Position numbers and translations under genes: made by a program. DNA of 64,000 bases from Lingula anatina (Eukaryota > Animalia > Brachiopoda): NCBI GenBank assembly GCA_051362555.1, contig CM120641.1, positions 45,204,401-45,268,400 on the forward strand, given 5' to 3'. Below, in pieces: positions 36,574 through 50,735 of this stretch. Below the pieces are notes generated by a model. The model searched no databases, had not been told where the DNA came from, and saw only the letters and a program-made list of their open reading frames with translations. Position 1 is the stretch's first letter. Each line of letters starts with the position of its first letter.

Positions 36574-37960
36574 ACTATATATCATCTTAACATACTACTT
36601 TTGATTTATTATGTGTTACAGTAGCTGGATATTAAAGGGTATACCACTGCAGATCTGCTGACAGTTTTGATTTGCTAATCTTTTTTCCTTAATATATAGT
36701 CATTTAATTTCAAGAAAATTACTTTTTCTCAATTTCTTAACCCAACTCTATTACCTAGACTCTATTCAAAATATATCTTTGTTTGTTTGATGTCTGCATG
36801 TATATATACAAGCCTTGCTGTCTAGTCATTATTTTTTCTTATCACCCAACCAGTGAATCAACACACAAAAGAGATTTGATATGTTCAGTGTCATCATAAC
36901 AAAAATACATTTAATGCACCGCAATGAAAATGACGGGGGAAAAAAACAAGTGGAAGCTGAAAAGGAAATTACATTCTCATTAAGCTATCAGTGGCTTTTT
37001 GAAGCAAGTTACCAGTGCAGCGATGTTTTATCTTTGTAGACTGCTATTAGTATTTATAAAAATGTTACCTGAGAATGTATTTTCGAACCTCATGCTAATG
37101 CAGTAAATTCCACTATAAGATACCAATTATGAAACTGGCGAAAAAACAGAGAAATGCATCTGTTAGGTATTTTTAGACCTAAAATTGCTTTTGTTTAAGT
37201 TGAAACTTTAGTCATCATTGATTAAATCTTCAGAGTAGTGTCTCCTGGTCTCAATGTTATAAAGCAGATCCCGTCCCATCACTTATCACCAGCATATAAA
37301 GTTGGCTTAGCTCAGCTGGGGGAGTGGAACTCTTTTCATAATTATGTTGTATTCAAAACTGGATCAACTTTAAACTGAAAATAGTTAAGTGATGTCACCA
37401 TGGACTGGCTTCATAAAAAAAAATTGAGGTGTAAGTAAGTCTCAACTTTAAGAACAGTACGTTATACCTGTGAGCAAAACGTTGAAATTGAAAAATGTCA
37501 TTTTGCCTCACAAAGACACTCAAACAGTCTGCCATCTTTGCTAATTTTGAGGTGTGAGAAAAGGACTTGGGGTTGTCATAAGTATGCTGCATTGTGCAAA
37601 ATTGCTGATAATATGTTCTGTATCTATGCCAGTTGCCTGTCAAGTATATGTCTGTACAGGGGTGCTAATAAATACTGGTCACAGAGAACAAAGAGTTTCT
37701 TTTTTTGTTCCCCACCTAAGTACAGAGACCTATCAATATGCTTTCATATAAGAATTGGTCATCATGTGGATAATTAACATTTGAAGGAGCTATAAGAAGG
37801 ATATGGCTTTATTGACACCTTCAGCGTGGAGATGCTTCAAGTTGTGCTTACAGCCGTTTAGATGAATGTGACGAAATGATTTGACGCATATGTGCTGTTG
37901 TTAATTGCTGTTTATGCCCACCATTGTAGAGTTAAGAAAACTGGTTTTGTTGCGCTGTAG

Positions 37961-38053
37961 TTGCTAGATTTGGACCCATTTTGTCCATTGTTACTTGTAG
38001 AACATTTGCTAGATTTGGACCCTTTTTGTCCATTGTTACTTGTAGAACATTTG
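37961..38053. repeat. 45-bp tandem duplication
   Basis: ttgctagatttggaccc(a/t)ttttgtccattgttacttgtagaacat, two copies. Confidence 0.93.
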
Positions 38054-38394
38054 GTAAAGATGGTGACCAGTTTTAAATATGAGAAGAGAGTGAATGACCA
38101 CTGTAATTTCAATATATCATTCATTAACCTTTTCTTTCTCCCTCCCCCCCCTTCATCTTGCTGTGTGTCTGTCAAGTTATATTTTCGTTTTCCTTATTTA
38201 TCTATTTATCCTCATTAAATAATGAGGACTACATTTTCGTTAAAGTCTTCTGTTTTTAAATTGTATTGTATTGTATTGTACTGCATTGTATCTTGTAAAT
38301 GACCTAAAGAACAATCCTGTTTGAATTTTTGCCCAATGATCAGAGAAGCAAAACTAAAAGTTTCTGATTCACAACTATTTCTTCCATGTTCCAG

Positions 38395-38503
38395 GCTACT
38401 CATGAGCACAGGTTCAAGCTGCACACCTATGGCAGTCCTACATTCTGTGACCACTGTGGCTCCTTGCTGTATGGCCTGCTGCACCAGGGACTCAAGTGTG
38501 ACG
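38395..38503 (+). CDS. PKC1: cPKC exon 4 (109 nt, C1B)
   Basis: ttccag|[36 protein letters not shown] plus 1 nt|gtacac (weak donor, phase consistent with exon 5). Confidence 0.93.
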
Positions 38504-40873
38504 GTACACAATATCTAACACAGGCGTGCATGCACGTGCCTGCATACGCGTGCACACACACACACACGCAGATATATGTATTTTTTGGTAAAATTATGAG
38601 TGAAAGAAGATGTACCTTTATTCTTTTGTATATGCTGTCCCCAGTCAGGGGGACTGCCACCATGGATAAGCAATAGAGTGAGTTAAGATAATTGCTAACC
38701 AGAAAAGTTGGGACACCTGCACTAAGGGGTGGTGTCCTCACACTTGTGGTGATTTCCCATTTAACCTGTAAGTTCCATTGATCATACCTAAAAACATATC
38801 ACAAAGAGAATTTAAGACCTTGTTGGGACTTTTTATATGTAAAATCCAAGTAGGATTGCTGGGGATGTTTTTTTTCCCCAAAAAACATGTGGTGTGGTCT
38901 TTGCCACTCACCTGAGGAAAAAATGGTCTCCATTGAGAGATGTGGGCACCTGAAAACCATTGTCTGACATCACAGACAAGTTATAGGACCTGTGCGATAT
39001 TGTCATTGTCGAGATGACCTTTTGATGTCTTAAGCTAGATACTCTTAGAGCTCAAAATTGTGACTGCTAGCAAACATTAAGATATCATGTATTTTGTGGT
39101 TCAATAAACAGCTCATGAAATGTTGAGGAAAAGCTTACAAAAGACAAACACTTAATATATATGATTTCTGTTTGCTTTTTTATGATTTTTGGCATGTTTA
39201 AATATTTTATCGGGATTACAATTGGCTTAATCAATGGTGAGTGGCATCAAAAATATAAATAAATTAAAATAAAAAAGAAAAATAAAAAAAAATAATAATG
39301 AGAAAAGAACTTAATTAAATAATAATGTAAAAACCTTTTAAATAATCAGAGACTAAAAAAAATAAGAGACTAAAAAATATGTTGAACAGGCACTAAAATA
39401 TAATGTTCAGCAGGCAGGCTCTGTTTGTCCCGGTTTGAGTTGTGGTTAGTGCAGACCCATTATGATTTTATGCCGTGATAACAGAGAACCTTAATTTCTT
39501 CAATTTACACCGTCTTTGATGGAAAATCAATCGCATTAGTGGGAAGAGGATCATTTTCTTACTCGTATGAGTTATTGAGCAAATATAGAATGATGGTGTG
39601 TGCATTATTTTACCCAAATTCACCAGTGTTATCACATTATGAGGAGAAATTGAGATGGGCCGGGAGGAGCTGAGATGGGATATTGACCTCCAGTGCAAAA
39701 TTGGAACTCGGTGTCACTCTATCAATCAGTGTCAATGACAGCAAAATCAATGGCTCTGTCTTCTGTATCTTTGTAGCTATACTCTTTTTGAACATTTAAC
39801 TGAGTCCATTGGGAAGTTCTTCATGAATAGGTACAAATTGAAGAAAACGATATGCCAAACCATTACAGTTTTTATCTCTTGTAGTTGAAAATTATGCTCA
39901 ACTTTAAGGTTAGCATCCAAATTCTCCCCCCCCCCTCGCCTCCCCCTGAACTCGATATAACTGTTACTTTGTCAATGTAATGTGATCTAGCTGAGAATTT
40001 TGCAGTGATTCTTCTACAAATGTCAAACAATTGATAAAATCACCACCAATTACAGCATGACCCTTTGATGAAAATGGACTTATAAACAGGACAACATATT
40101 GTTAATGTAGGATTTGACCTGTTGGTCTGAGTAAAGAAAGTTTCTTGGGTTTGAGTCAACAAAGAAAACAGACGGATTTTCCAGTAATTACATGTAGTAA
40201 TTGTTATCGCTCTATTGGAAAAGTGACCCCAAAATATCACTAAGTGTATAATATTCTTTGTTTAGCTGACAGCAAGTGAATATGGTTATGTGAGCTCTCC
40301 TTTCCACTTAAATAGCTGTTTTTGAGTATGGCTTTTAAATTTCACAACTCTTAAACAATGTTTAGTTATTTGAGACATACTGTAATGAACTATCTTTGTG
40401 TGAAGACAAAAAATGTAGATTAAAGATATTGAGAATCCTATGAAGTGCCCAGTGCACTTCGTGTAACATTGTATGTTAGTCGGGAAAGATATTTTCAGTA
40501 AATTTCCCCCACAGTATTTTGTAACTTGATGTGTCAGTTGGTTTCTGGATTCATTGTTTCAATTTGTAACCATTACTTAATGGTCTAGCAAATATCCTTT
40601 ACATTAAATTATTCTCTAGTTTCATGGTCAATGGTTTTTTTTAACCAAATTTGTGTAATGGTTTGGCTAGAATTTCACAAAGGCCAGCTAATTCTTTGAA
40701 ATGAAACAGCAATCAATAGATTGTTCAAAGATTTGATTTAATTTTCCCGCAAAAGCCTGTGGGTGTGTGGGTACTTCTAGGCTTGTGTTCAGAGATAAGT
40801 CTGTAGTATATATTATTGAATGTACTGAATTTAAAAAAGATTGATTAACATAAATAATGATTTATTTTTTCAG

Positions 40874-41002
40874 CATGTGAAATGAATGTTCACAAACGAT
40901 GTCAGAAGAATGTACCAAAACTTTGTGGTATTGACCATACAGAGAGACGAGGGAGAGTCCATTGCAAGGTTGTGGTAGAAAATGGAATCTTGAGAGTAGA
41001 AG
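40874..41002 (+). CDS. PKC1: cPKC exon 5 (129 nt, end of C1B, start of C2)
   Basis: ttttcag|(A)[42 protein letters not shown] plus 1 nt|gtactg. Confidence 0.93.
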
Positions 41003-42379
41003 GTACTGGAATATAGACGAAACAGCCAGTCCATGCTTAATTTTCAAACTAAGGAATACAGGAGAAGCATTGGTGAAAATACTGCTATATAGTTCCATGT
41101 TTTATTCTTTAAGAAATGAAAAAAAAAATCTGTCACATGGTCAGAAATAATATGTTTTTGCAGTTGCAGAGATTTAAAATTGTTTTAAGTCAGTTGTGTG
41201 TATCATCCAACCATTGTATACCTAGAGTAAATGTTGATCAGTCTTTTCATATGAAGTTTGCTTATTAATGTGTGTGTAAATATGTAAATATGAAATTTAG
41301 AAATATGCAGGCATAAATTATTGTTTCATCATCAGCACACAAGATACCTTTTTATTCAATTTGTGACGGCTTTGCTTGGCACAGGCTATTTCAGTAAACT
41401 GTGATTATGATTACATCACCATGAGTGAAAATCTAATCTCTCTGTTGTCCCGTCCTCTGATAGCCCTGCTTATTGGTTGGCACACAATATTCTGTCAGCC
41501 CAAGGTCTGTTCAGATACAGAAAGTTGAGGTGTCTGACTGATCTGGTATGGTCTTTTTTGTTTTTAAAAGACCTTAAGTTATAGGGGAATTAAATATATG
41601 AAAAAATTGATTTTTTCCCTTTTTGTAAGCTTATGGAAATCTCGTGGCCTGCTGAGACAGTAATTTAAGCTGTCACAACTAGACTGGAAATGCAGCTATA
41701 GACTGGAACCTCCATGTTAAATTCATGAATACAAGAGAAGTCTTAATGGCTTATTGGAAATAACACATGTAGAAGAATAAGTTAGGAATTGAATATTCAG
41801 ATATAATGGTTGTGACATATATTATGTATAATTGCTATCCTCTTTGATGTTACACAGTCTTCTGACATTCTGCTGAAATATCATTTTACCAATTTTTCTC
41901 AGGGCTTTTACATTCTCTGTTACATCAGGTGAAGCTCTGTTAGTTGCTTCTAAAGCAAAGATTTCTTTTGAATTAGCCCATTTAAAGTGTGATCCAAACA
42001 TTAGTGAGTTACAGTAATAATTTGATCTTTTCAATGGGGAAAATTGTGTATATTTTACAGATACTGTATTTTTTTTTAATTAGAACATTGCTATTTTCAT
42101 GATTGGTAGCAACATAATTAATAAGCAGGTTACTTTATAGTTCTGTATTACTAATAGCACCACAAATGCTATATAGAAATATAAATTTATGATTATAAAA
42201 CTGTGTATCTGAAAGATGGATAATTTTTGCCCATTGAAAAGATAGAGTCATTACCATAAGAATCATTTGATAGATGGTCACATAAAAAGAGCTTAATTCT
42301 GTACTGAGCAATCACTTACTCTTTGAAATAAAGCTTAGATTTGCTTTAATCTTATCTTTTCTCTTATCAAAATGCTTGA

Positions 42380-42577
<198 letters not shown>

Positions 42578-42891
42578 TAAGTCAAACCAAACTTCAAGCA
42601 TGGGAGTTAGTCTACAAGGTTTTTTTCCTTGATTGAATTAATTTCCTGGCACAGGGGGACTTTTCATTTAAAAAGTTGAGTTGTTTTGTTGGCCATTTGT
42701 ATTCTCAATTTCACTGAAATTGCAGTTGCAGTGAATAGTTCTATTTGGTATAAAAATATCGGTCAGTCTTATATGAGATATGCTAATGCATACTCACTCA
42801 GTTTTTATCTCCTATATTTGTATACCCTAAAAAATACAGATTACAGAATGATATTAAATCTAAAGAAGTTGAATCAACATATTTCTTATGA

Positions 42892-43059
42892 CAGGGGCGG
42901 ATTTAGGTCGTCTTCTGGGTCTTCCGGAAGACGGTCAGATTTTCAAGTTTACATTGACGGGTATCTAATTTTTTCTGTCGGAAGACGGTCAAAAATGAAC
43001 AATGGATCAACAAAGATAATTTGGAAGACTATCAGAAAATATCTCTGAATCCACCCCTG
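42892..43059 (-). mobile_element. Family-B hAT-like MITE, 5-bp TSD TATGA
   Basis: tatga|CAGGGGCGGATT ... AATCCACCCCTG|tatga; reverse complement of the 27291 copy. Confidence 0.9.
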
Positions 43060-44151
43060 TATGAACATTGTAAAATGGACACATATGAAAAGGCATTGAG
43101 TTGACCTTATTCTTTTATACTTTTTATATGATAAGTTCCTCATACTTTTCTCCATGCATGAACGCTGAGTGAAAATGGCTTTTCAGGTGCAAGTGTTTTC
43201 ATTAGATATGATATTTTGTTTGAAGACTAAGAAATAGTCATTGATCTCTGTGTAAGTACCATGCATGCAGCCAATGGTTACTTAGCTGTAATTACCGATA
43301 TGATGTCATCGTAACGACTTAATCCCCATGACATTTTCAGGCAATTTAGCCACTTTTCCTGTGGGGAACAGATGACATATTACAGTTTTGTAATTTTTTC
43401 ATTCAGTTTCATGAAATAGTGTCTCTCATTGCTGGCAGAGGGAAAAATGCTGGCAGTAGGTTGACATTACCACTGATGGCAGTTGCTCAACATGGGAGGG
43501 TTTTGTTTGCCAAATCGGATGAAATTTAGTTTGGTAACTTATCAGTGAGACAGTCGGAAGTAGCAAACTGACTTAGATATGGATAGAGTACTCCCTAGAG
43601 TATTGGCGCAAATGAACTGAATTATCATGGTGTTTGTGCGCTGAGAAAATGAACACTCAGCTGCTTTTATGCTGATAATGTTCAATTGAAACTTGCACAA
43701 TTTTTACAGTAGGCTGTGATCTAACAAAAAATAAACAAATACATGCAGTGACAAAAATGAAATAAATATTTATGTATGCGTTTTTGTATTTATTGTAAGG
43801 CATGTACACATGGATGCCCAAATATTCATAAAGATTTTTTGATATTGTAGTATGGATGAGTAATAGAGGTTTGAGGCTGGTTTCATGAAAGAACTATCAT
43901 GCTAAGTTGTTTTTTTATTTAAGAATGGAAATTTCGGTTTACCTAAACCATGGACAAATTAGTATAATAGTAGTCGACCTAATAGAGAATATTGAAGAAA
44001 TGACTAATGAATTATGCCCCTAGCTACCATATTTGAGTGGATATAAAGAGTTATCCTGGATTGAGGTAAACCAACTTTTTGCTTATGTTTTTATGAAGCT
44101 TCATAGGCAACATTTATATCAAAATATACAGCATATGTCCTTTATTTTCAG

Positions 44152-44383
44152 TAAACTCAGAGATGATGATTACGCGAAAAGATTATGTGTGGAATTGTGG
44201 GATTGGGATCGCACATCTCGAAACGATTTCATGGGAGCAATGTCGTTTGGCATATCAGAGGTGGCCAAGGCCCCAGCGGAGGGCTGGTTTAAGCTGTTGA
44301 ACCAAGAAGAAGGAGAGTTCTACAGTATACCTGTGCCTGATGAATTGGGCGTACATGTTCAAGAGTTGAGAAAGAAGTTAGAG
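44152..44383 (+). CDS. PKC1: cPKC exon 7 (232 nt, C2 and start of hinge)
   Basis: ttttcag|[77 protein letters not shown]|gtgggt. Together with exon 6, all five C2 Ca2+-ligand Asp residues are present. Confidence 0.95.
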
Positions 44384-45076
44384 GTGGGTATGGGGAAGAT
44401 AAATGTTTTATTTACCATGTTTTTACACTCAATAAATAAAGTTTAATAAACAAATTAATGAATGGGAAGTACTATAGGTCCAGTGGTATAAGTCAGCAAG
44501 TGTTTTGATAAAGAAGTTTTGTTTTAATAGAGAAGTTATTTTTCTCCTAACTCCGTCGTACAGATTGTGATTTAATGTCATTGTCAAATCTACTGTATTA
44601 CTATTTGCTGCCAAAGCACAGTTTAAAAAAAATATGGGTGAGCAGTGTTTTAGGTTATTTCTAAAACACAACTTGGCTAAGTATCTTAACAGTCTTCATA
44701 AAGACTGATTTTTGCATTGAATAATTATATTTTGTATGTGTGAAACGGGCTCCAGAGTTCAGTGTAATAGAGACAATACTAATGATCTATACAGAAAAAG
44801 ATCCTTTCTAATCTAGCTGTATTTATTGTATGACGTGATGGAAGTCTTTCATGTAAACTTATATTCACACTGTAAGTTCAAGTTACTGTGTTGCTAATTC
44901 AGTTGATATTTCAGTGTAATAATTGTTTCCTTCCTTTCTTCCTTGCCAGTGCTGGTTCATGATAAACATTAATGTCACAATGAATGACGTTATCATACTG
45001 CTGAACACACAATATCACTTAACTGATATGCATATGCAATATCAATAATAATTGGTGGTGGTGGTGGTGGTGATGG

Positions 45077-45111
<35 letters not shown>

Positions 45112-47249
45112 CCTGCCTGCTTGCGTAATTATGCCCACTGCTAATTTGATTGGCAAGAAGTGCTGCCTTTCTGAAAGTTGGTAGAGATGACCCTTATCTG
45201 AGGCTTTGCGTCATATTAGAGGTTGCAGTGTCTTTAAACGAATCTAGATGAAGAGTTCTTATTAATGTTTACAGTGGTAATCATATCAATAATACACTGT
45301 TTGTTCAGCAGTTTCATAATGTCACACACTCTGGCACTCTACTGAGTAATGAAACTGTATTGTTAAGGAAGAAAAGAAGGAAGGGAAGAATTATCTGGTG
45401 ACTAGGAAATATGTTTTACAGGATGTGTGAATGATTAACGGCCATACTGCAAAGCATGATGAATATTGTTTGATTGACTCTGGTGGTTCTGGTTCTGCAG
45501 TTTGTCAGGCGCTAAAGCACTTATTCCCATTAGGATAGATTTAACTTTATTGGCTCCAGTTCATGAAGTCAGCAGCCACATTATTCTGTATTATTGATGC
45601 GGATTTAATGGCTATCTATATGTTATCCTGTAATTAGAAGGCACATTTGCTGAATTTGAAGTGTTTCCTGCTTGATTTTCTCTCTCTTTAGAATGGCTGA
45701 AATCATTAAAAAGACCATAGCCTGTTCTCATTTAGAGTCAAGAATTGCTTCATTACTATTTCTTGGCCCAGATATATAAAAAAAATCCCTGTTAATTTAT
45801 GCAGTTGTCCCTTATCAATGATTGAAATATGAGGGTTTAACAGATCTTCCATTTTTTGTTAATTGCAATTATTTGCAAGATATTTCTGTATATTGATTCA
45901 TCTTAATCGTTTCCTTCTGTCTTTCTCTCTAAGGTCTACAGATATGAGAGGTTTGTTGTGTAGTTTATTTGAAAGTTTTTTACAGTTAGATGATTACAAA
46001 CAACCACTACCATAATAGATTGACACATATTAGTTATAATATTATGAGCTTCTTTACCTCCCACATTGCTTCTTGAAAAAACAGGCAATATTGGATTTAA
46101 GTATATTTGCTAACTTAGACTCAGTAGGGATAAGGCAATAACATTACTGTTCACTGTGTGTAATAAGCACTTTGAATTACTAAGGAATATTCAAAGAAAC
46201 TGCACATTAGAGTTATCTTAATTAGAATTGCTAGCACAAAGTGGCTTTTGCTACTGTTAGCTGGGACTCATATTAACGGCATGGAGATAAAAATGGAAAT
46301 TGATGAGGTGATTTTTGGAAAGCCATTTGGAATGATATCAGCAGTTTTGTGTGTCATTTAGTGAGCACCATTGCCAATGGGAACTCGTAAGCCAAAAAAA
46401 AAAAAATCTTTGCCATTTTCTTTCAGAACGTTAAAAAAAATTCCACCATTTGTAATCTTGGCAACACCTAGCTGTGCAGGAATAGGAAAAAACACCCAGG
46501 GAATAATTGCAGAGAAGAGAAACTGCAGTGATGCACTTAAAAATGCGAGATAACATTAGATGAGATTTTTTACAGCTGAATGAAAATTGAGCAATCATGT
46601 TTTTTTTTTCAAGTGGTAGAATGGCTTTCCATGCATAACCAAAAGTTTTGACATTTGGAATTCTGCGATGATTAAGGGTGTTTGTTTTACACCATAGCCC
46701 TAATGCATTTTTATGCAATTAAAAAATGAGTAAAGACACTAAAAAAGCAATTAAAGGACAATGAATAAAATACTTAATGTAAATGTTTCCCTGAATCAGG
46801 TTTTTGGTTTACCTAGCAGTCAAGTTAAAATGAGATGCCAATATATCATGTCCTAATAGAGCACAGTGAGTGGACTAATGATGAGTGATATGTTATGAAG
46901 TGTTTGCAGCTGAGTAAAAAAGTTATTGCATCAATGGCCCTTGAGTTATGAAATTGTTTTGAGAAAAAACAAGCAGGCGTAATAGATAACCAGGTCCTTT
47001 TAAACTTTCACATTTTTATCTCAGTGAAATGAAAAAAAGAAAGGTTTCAGATACGTAAGCAGATTCTGAATAATCGATATAACCCCCAAAGATGATTTTC
47101 TTTTCTTTTTTTATTGCAAAAGTTATTTAATGTATCATACTATACATTTTGATTGAAGTAAAATTTATGTAATATTCTTAAAAGATAACAGTTGAAACAT
47201 ATCAACTTAGGCAGCTTTTATATGATAACCAGTATGTTTTCTTACTTAC

Positions 47250-47485
47250 AGTTCTCTCCACTTTGTTACCTATAGCTATGGTTTCTATTCTACAGTAGCA
47301 AAGTGGGAAAAACTAAATATGTGGGGAAACATTAAATATACCAGCAGTGTTGTGAGATTTATCAGTGGGCTGTGGAGAACATGTATAAAAGAGGAGGGAA
47401 TAGTGGTAAATCTGTAAAAAAAAAAAAAAAAAAAAGTGGATACAGCAGTAATTTTCATAATTGCCTGTGGTAGTTACGGGACCCT
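47250..47485. mobile_element. Old dispersed repeat, homologous to 27255-27648
   Basis: Collinear similarity ending gtggtagttacgggaccctg. Confidence 0.6.
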
Positions 47486-48621
47486 GTTTATATTATCTGG
47501 CAGTTATAAGTAGAATACAAATCTCAGATGTTTGTACGAATATTACGGCAATACTATGTGCATAATCATGCCTCTTCAATACCCAGCAACTTTGGATTAT
47601 CAGTGACGCCAAAGGAGATAATGTTGTACAAGTTCTCATTTTTATATCATAAAGCATTACAATGTAAAGAATTGACCTAAATGCATATTTCAGGTTCTGA
47701 TAGGGGCCTTTTCATACATGTATCATGTGATATCCGTGGTGCAATGTTTTAACTGGCGGAGCTGTTGATTCACTTTCACAGATTTTCTGCTTACTGTTTT
47801 TACTAATACATTTAAATAAATGTGGCTAACTAGCCATATCCAGAGGGTGGGGTGGGGGGGGGTGATTATGTTATAGCTAGGAGATAAAGTTGTCAATCTC
47901 TCAAAACATCAATATGCCAATAAGTATATTTCATGTTGTAAAAAGGGCCTTATTGGTTTTCCTGGAAGCATATTATACTGGCACATGTAGTAATGGGTTG
48001 GAGTTGGATTTGTAGCATCTTTTGTCCCTGAACTCGTAAGTGGTCAATAATTGAATAACTGCATGGACAATGACATCTGGATATTTCTTGGTGCAAGGAA
48101 GAGTCAAATGATTTAATTCCCACTGATTCACTTTTAGTAATTACATGTACCTAGCTGTCAGCCTTGACTAATAAAGTACAAATGTTTATATGTTTTTAAA
48201 AACTAATTTAGCCTCTACTTTACATGCAGTTTTGAACAAGTGCAAGAAAAAAAATATACCGACTTCTGTCTGGGTATATAGTTTTTTTTGATTATTAAAT
48301 TTTCTGAAATCCATCTCTCAGATATTATCATGACATCTGAAATTCCAAGAGAGCAGCAGCTGGTATATAATGTATTGGAAAGAGATTATACAAGTGTAAT
48401 TGGCTATTTCACTACTGTAGCCGTATAGATAAAGTCTTAGAGAATGGTGGGGATTGAAGGTCTTTTCTAGTAATAAGTTCAGTGTAATTGCACTGAATGG
48501 ATAGGTTTGGTTATAAATCCAATCCAATCAGTGCTGCTTTAACAAAAACAAACAAACAAAAAAAAGCGTGGTCAAGTAGACAGCTTGTTTGCACCCAGGC
48601 ACAATGTCGTCCCTCTTTAAT

Positions 48622-48710
48622 TGGTGAGCACAATGAGCAAGGAAGTGGTGAACACAATGAGCAGGAAGTGGTGAACACAATGAGCAGGAAGTGGTGAGCA
48701 CAATGAGCAG
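48622..48710. repeat. 23-bp minisatellite, ~3.7 copies
   Basis: tggtga(g/a)cacaatgagcaggaag repeated. Confidence 0.92.
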
Positions 48711-49300
48711 ATTGGACAGTTAATAGAGGGATAACAAAGGCTAACCAGCATGATCCATAAATTGCATTGCAATCAAAGCATCTACTTCCTAGAGTTAGTT
48801 TGAATAATTTTTTTTTAATGAAAGCAATGTTAGATTTGGCCTACTGAGCAATACTTTTGAATTTCATGGAAATTGATGGGTATCAAGGGGAGAGGGAAGC
48901 TGAGAAGTTTTGTCGAGAATTTAATGCGGTTTGGGAGGCATGATGCTGTCATTTCTATCAAGAATACTGTTAAAATTGGGGTCATTTGATCTTCATTATT
49001 AACTTTTAAATGATATTTGGGTCTTTGGGGGACCAGTAGGTGGTTTACATTTCAAGAAAAAAATATGATGAGTAAATGTCACCATTAGCATCAGTTGTCT
49101 TTGGTCTTGGCTTACGTAAATTACTATAGCAAACATATATATATAGTGGTTGCAAATAGTGGTTTACATTTTAAGAAGAAAAGAATGAATTCAAACCATA
49201 ATTTGATTACTCTGTCAACCTTAAGTGACTTCGATCATTGCCTGGATACAATATTATGTTACTGGTTACATGTATAGTACTAGAATCACCTAATTTTTCA

Positions 49301-49301
<1 letters not shown>

Positions 49302-49393
<92 letters not shown>

Positions 49394-49428
49394 TCTATTT
49401 CACCTGTTATATATGTGTGTGTGTGTGT
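49302..49428. repeat. Compound (TG)n(TA)n microsatellite
   Basis: Direct observation. Confidence 0.95.
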
Positions 49429-50181
49429 CATATTTTATTAGAAATAGAATTTGCAGTGACAAGTCATGACGACACCTTGTGTTGCCTTCAACATTGTTCA
49501 TTTTTCAGTCTTACGACATTCAGATCAAATAGCATTTACTTATAATGCAAGAGCATAATAATTTAAGAGTGAAAGCTGCTAGTTTAGAGAGCTGCTCACT
49601 GTTTGTTATTTCTTGGATCCCTTTATCTCCTATATTGTAAGCAGCCTTTTTCAAACTTTTAAGTTAAAAGCTCTAATGATAAACTCCTAAATTCAGATAG
49701 TACATAATCTTGACTAGATGAATTTATGCATGTGGTGATTTCCAAAATTGTATTGTCAAAGTATTTTTTTTCTTTACTACTATGTTCCATGCTTATTTTT
49801 TCAATGTATGAATTTGACATTAATTACTAAAGGCATATAGAACCAAAAAGGGGTTTAAAAGGGTTTTTAATTTCTAAATGGTTTAGGATAAAGTATGCCA
49901 TGGCCATTATTGGAAAATTTGCTGAAAGTTCTTGGATTTTTTTTCCTTATCAAAAGTCTAACACATATTGTAAGCCTTTGATTTAGATTTCCAAGGGAAG
50001 ATGGGTTTAACTGCTGCATTCATTTTTTTTTTCATTTATTTTTCCAGAAAAGCATCTTTAAATGGTGCTGATCCCAGGTGGACGCTTTCTGAAAACTGAA
50101 AAAACAAGGGATTGCTACCCATTTCAAGCTGACTTAAGAGAATGCTATCTTTAATGAAGTTTATGTGCTTTTTCTCTCTAG

Positions 50182-50304
50182 AGGTCCCGTCTAGACGAAC
50201 AAAAAGACTTTCAGTTGCCAGAAATCCCTCAGAATAAACAGGACATCCCCAGGGCTTCAGATTTTAATTTCCTGATGGTTCTTGGCAAGGGCAGTTTTGG
50301 CAAA
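50182..50304 (+). CDS. PKC1: cPKC exon 8 (123 nt, hinge and Gly-rich loop)
   Basis: tctctag|RSRLDEQKDFQLPEIPQNKQDIPRASDFNFLMVLGKGSFGK|gtaaga. Confidence 0.93.
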
Positions 50305-50561
50305 GTAAGACAATTTTTACCTCCTGAGTTTTGATGAACTGGATGCTCAAGAGATGATACGTATACTTCTGTGTACCTAATCGAGAAAAAAAAACAGCAA
50401 ATTTAAATAGCACATGCATTTACTTTGAGAAATAGAATGGGACATGGCTTCTGAGTTATTGTAACCAAAAATGAAAATGTATTAAAAAAAGATCCGTTCA
50501 TTACAATGACTTCTTGTGCACCATCTGTATTTCATTGATCTGGAAATCCTTTTTTTTTCAG

Positions 50562-50735
50562 GTAATGTTAGCAGAGAGAAAAGGAACCGATGAGCTATAT
50601 GCTATTAAAATTCTGAAAAAAGATGTGATTATTCAAGACGATGACGTGGAATGCACCATGATTGAAAAGCGGGTCTTAGCCATGGCAAGCAAGCCTCCCT
50701 TTCTGGTGCAACTCCACTCTTGTTTCCAGACCATG
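50562..50735 (+). CDS. PKC1: cPKC exon 9 (174 nt, kinase N-lobe)
   Basis: ttttcag|[58 protein letters not shown]|gtgagg. Confidence 0.96.

Noticed and set aside
48622-48710. Short repeat array as CRISPR, or nearby CCAAT motifs as an internal PKM-type promoter
   Set aside because: Contiguous minisatellite without spacers. CCAAT pentamers are expected by chance and no first exon is evident.
50555-50567. Recursive splice site (cag|gtaatg) at the exon 9 acceptor
   Set aside because: Explained by the conserved Val-Met codons of the kinase domain, and the upstream intron is only 257 nt.
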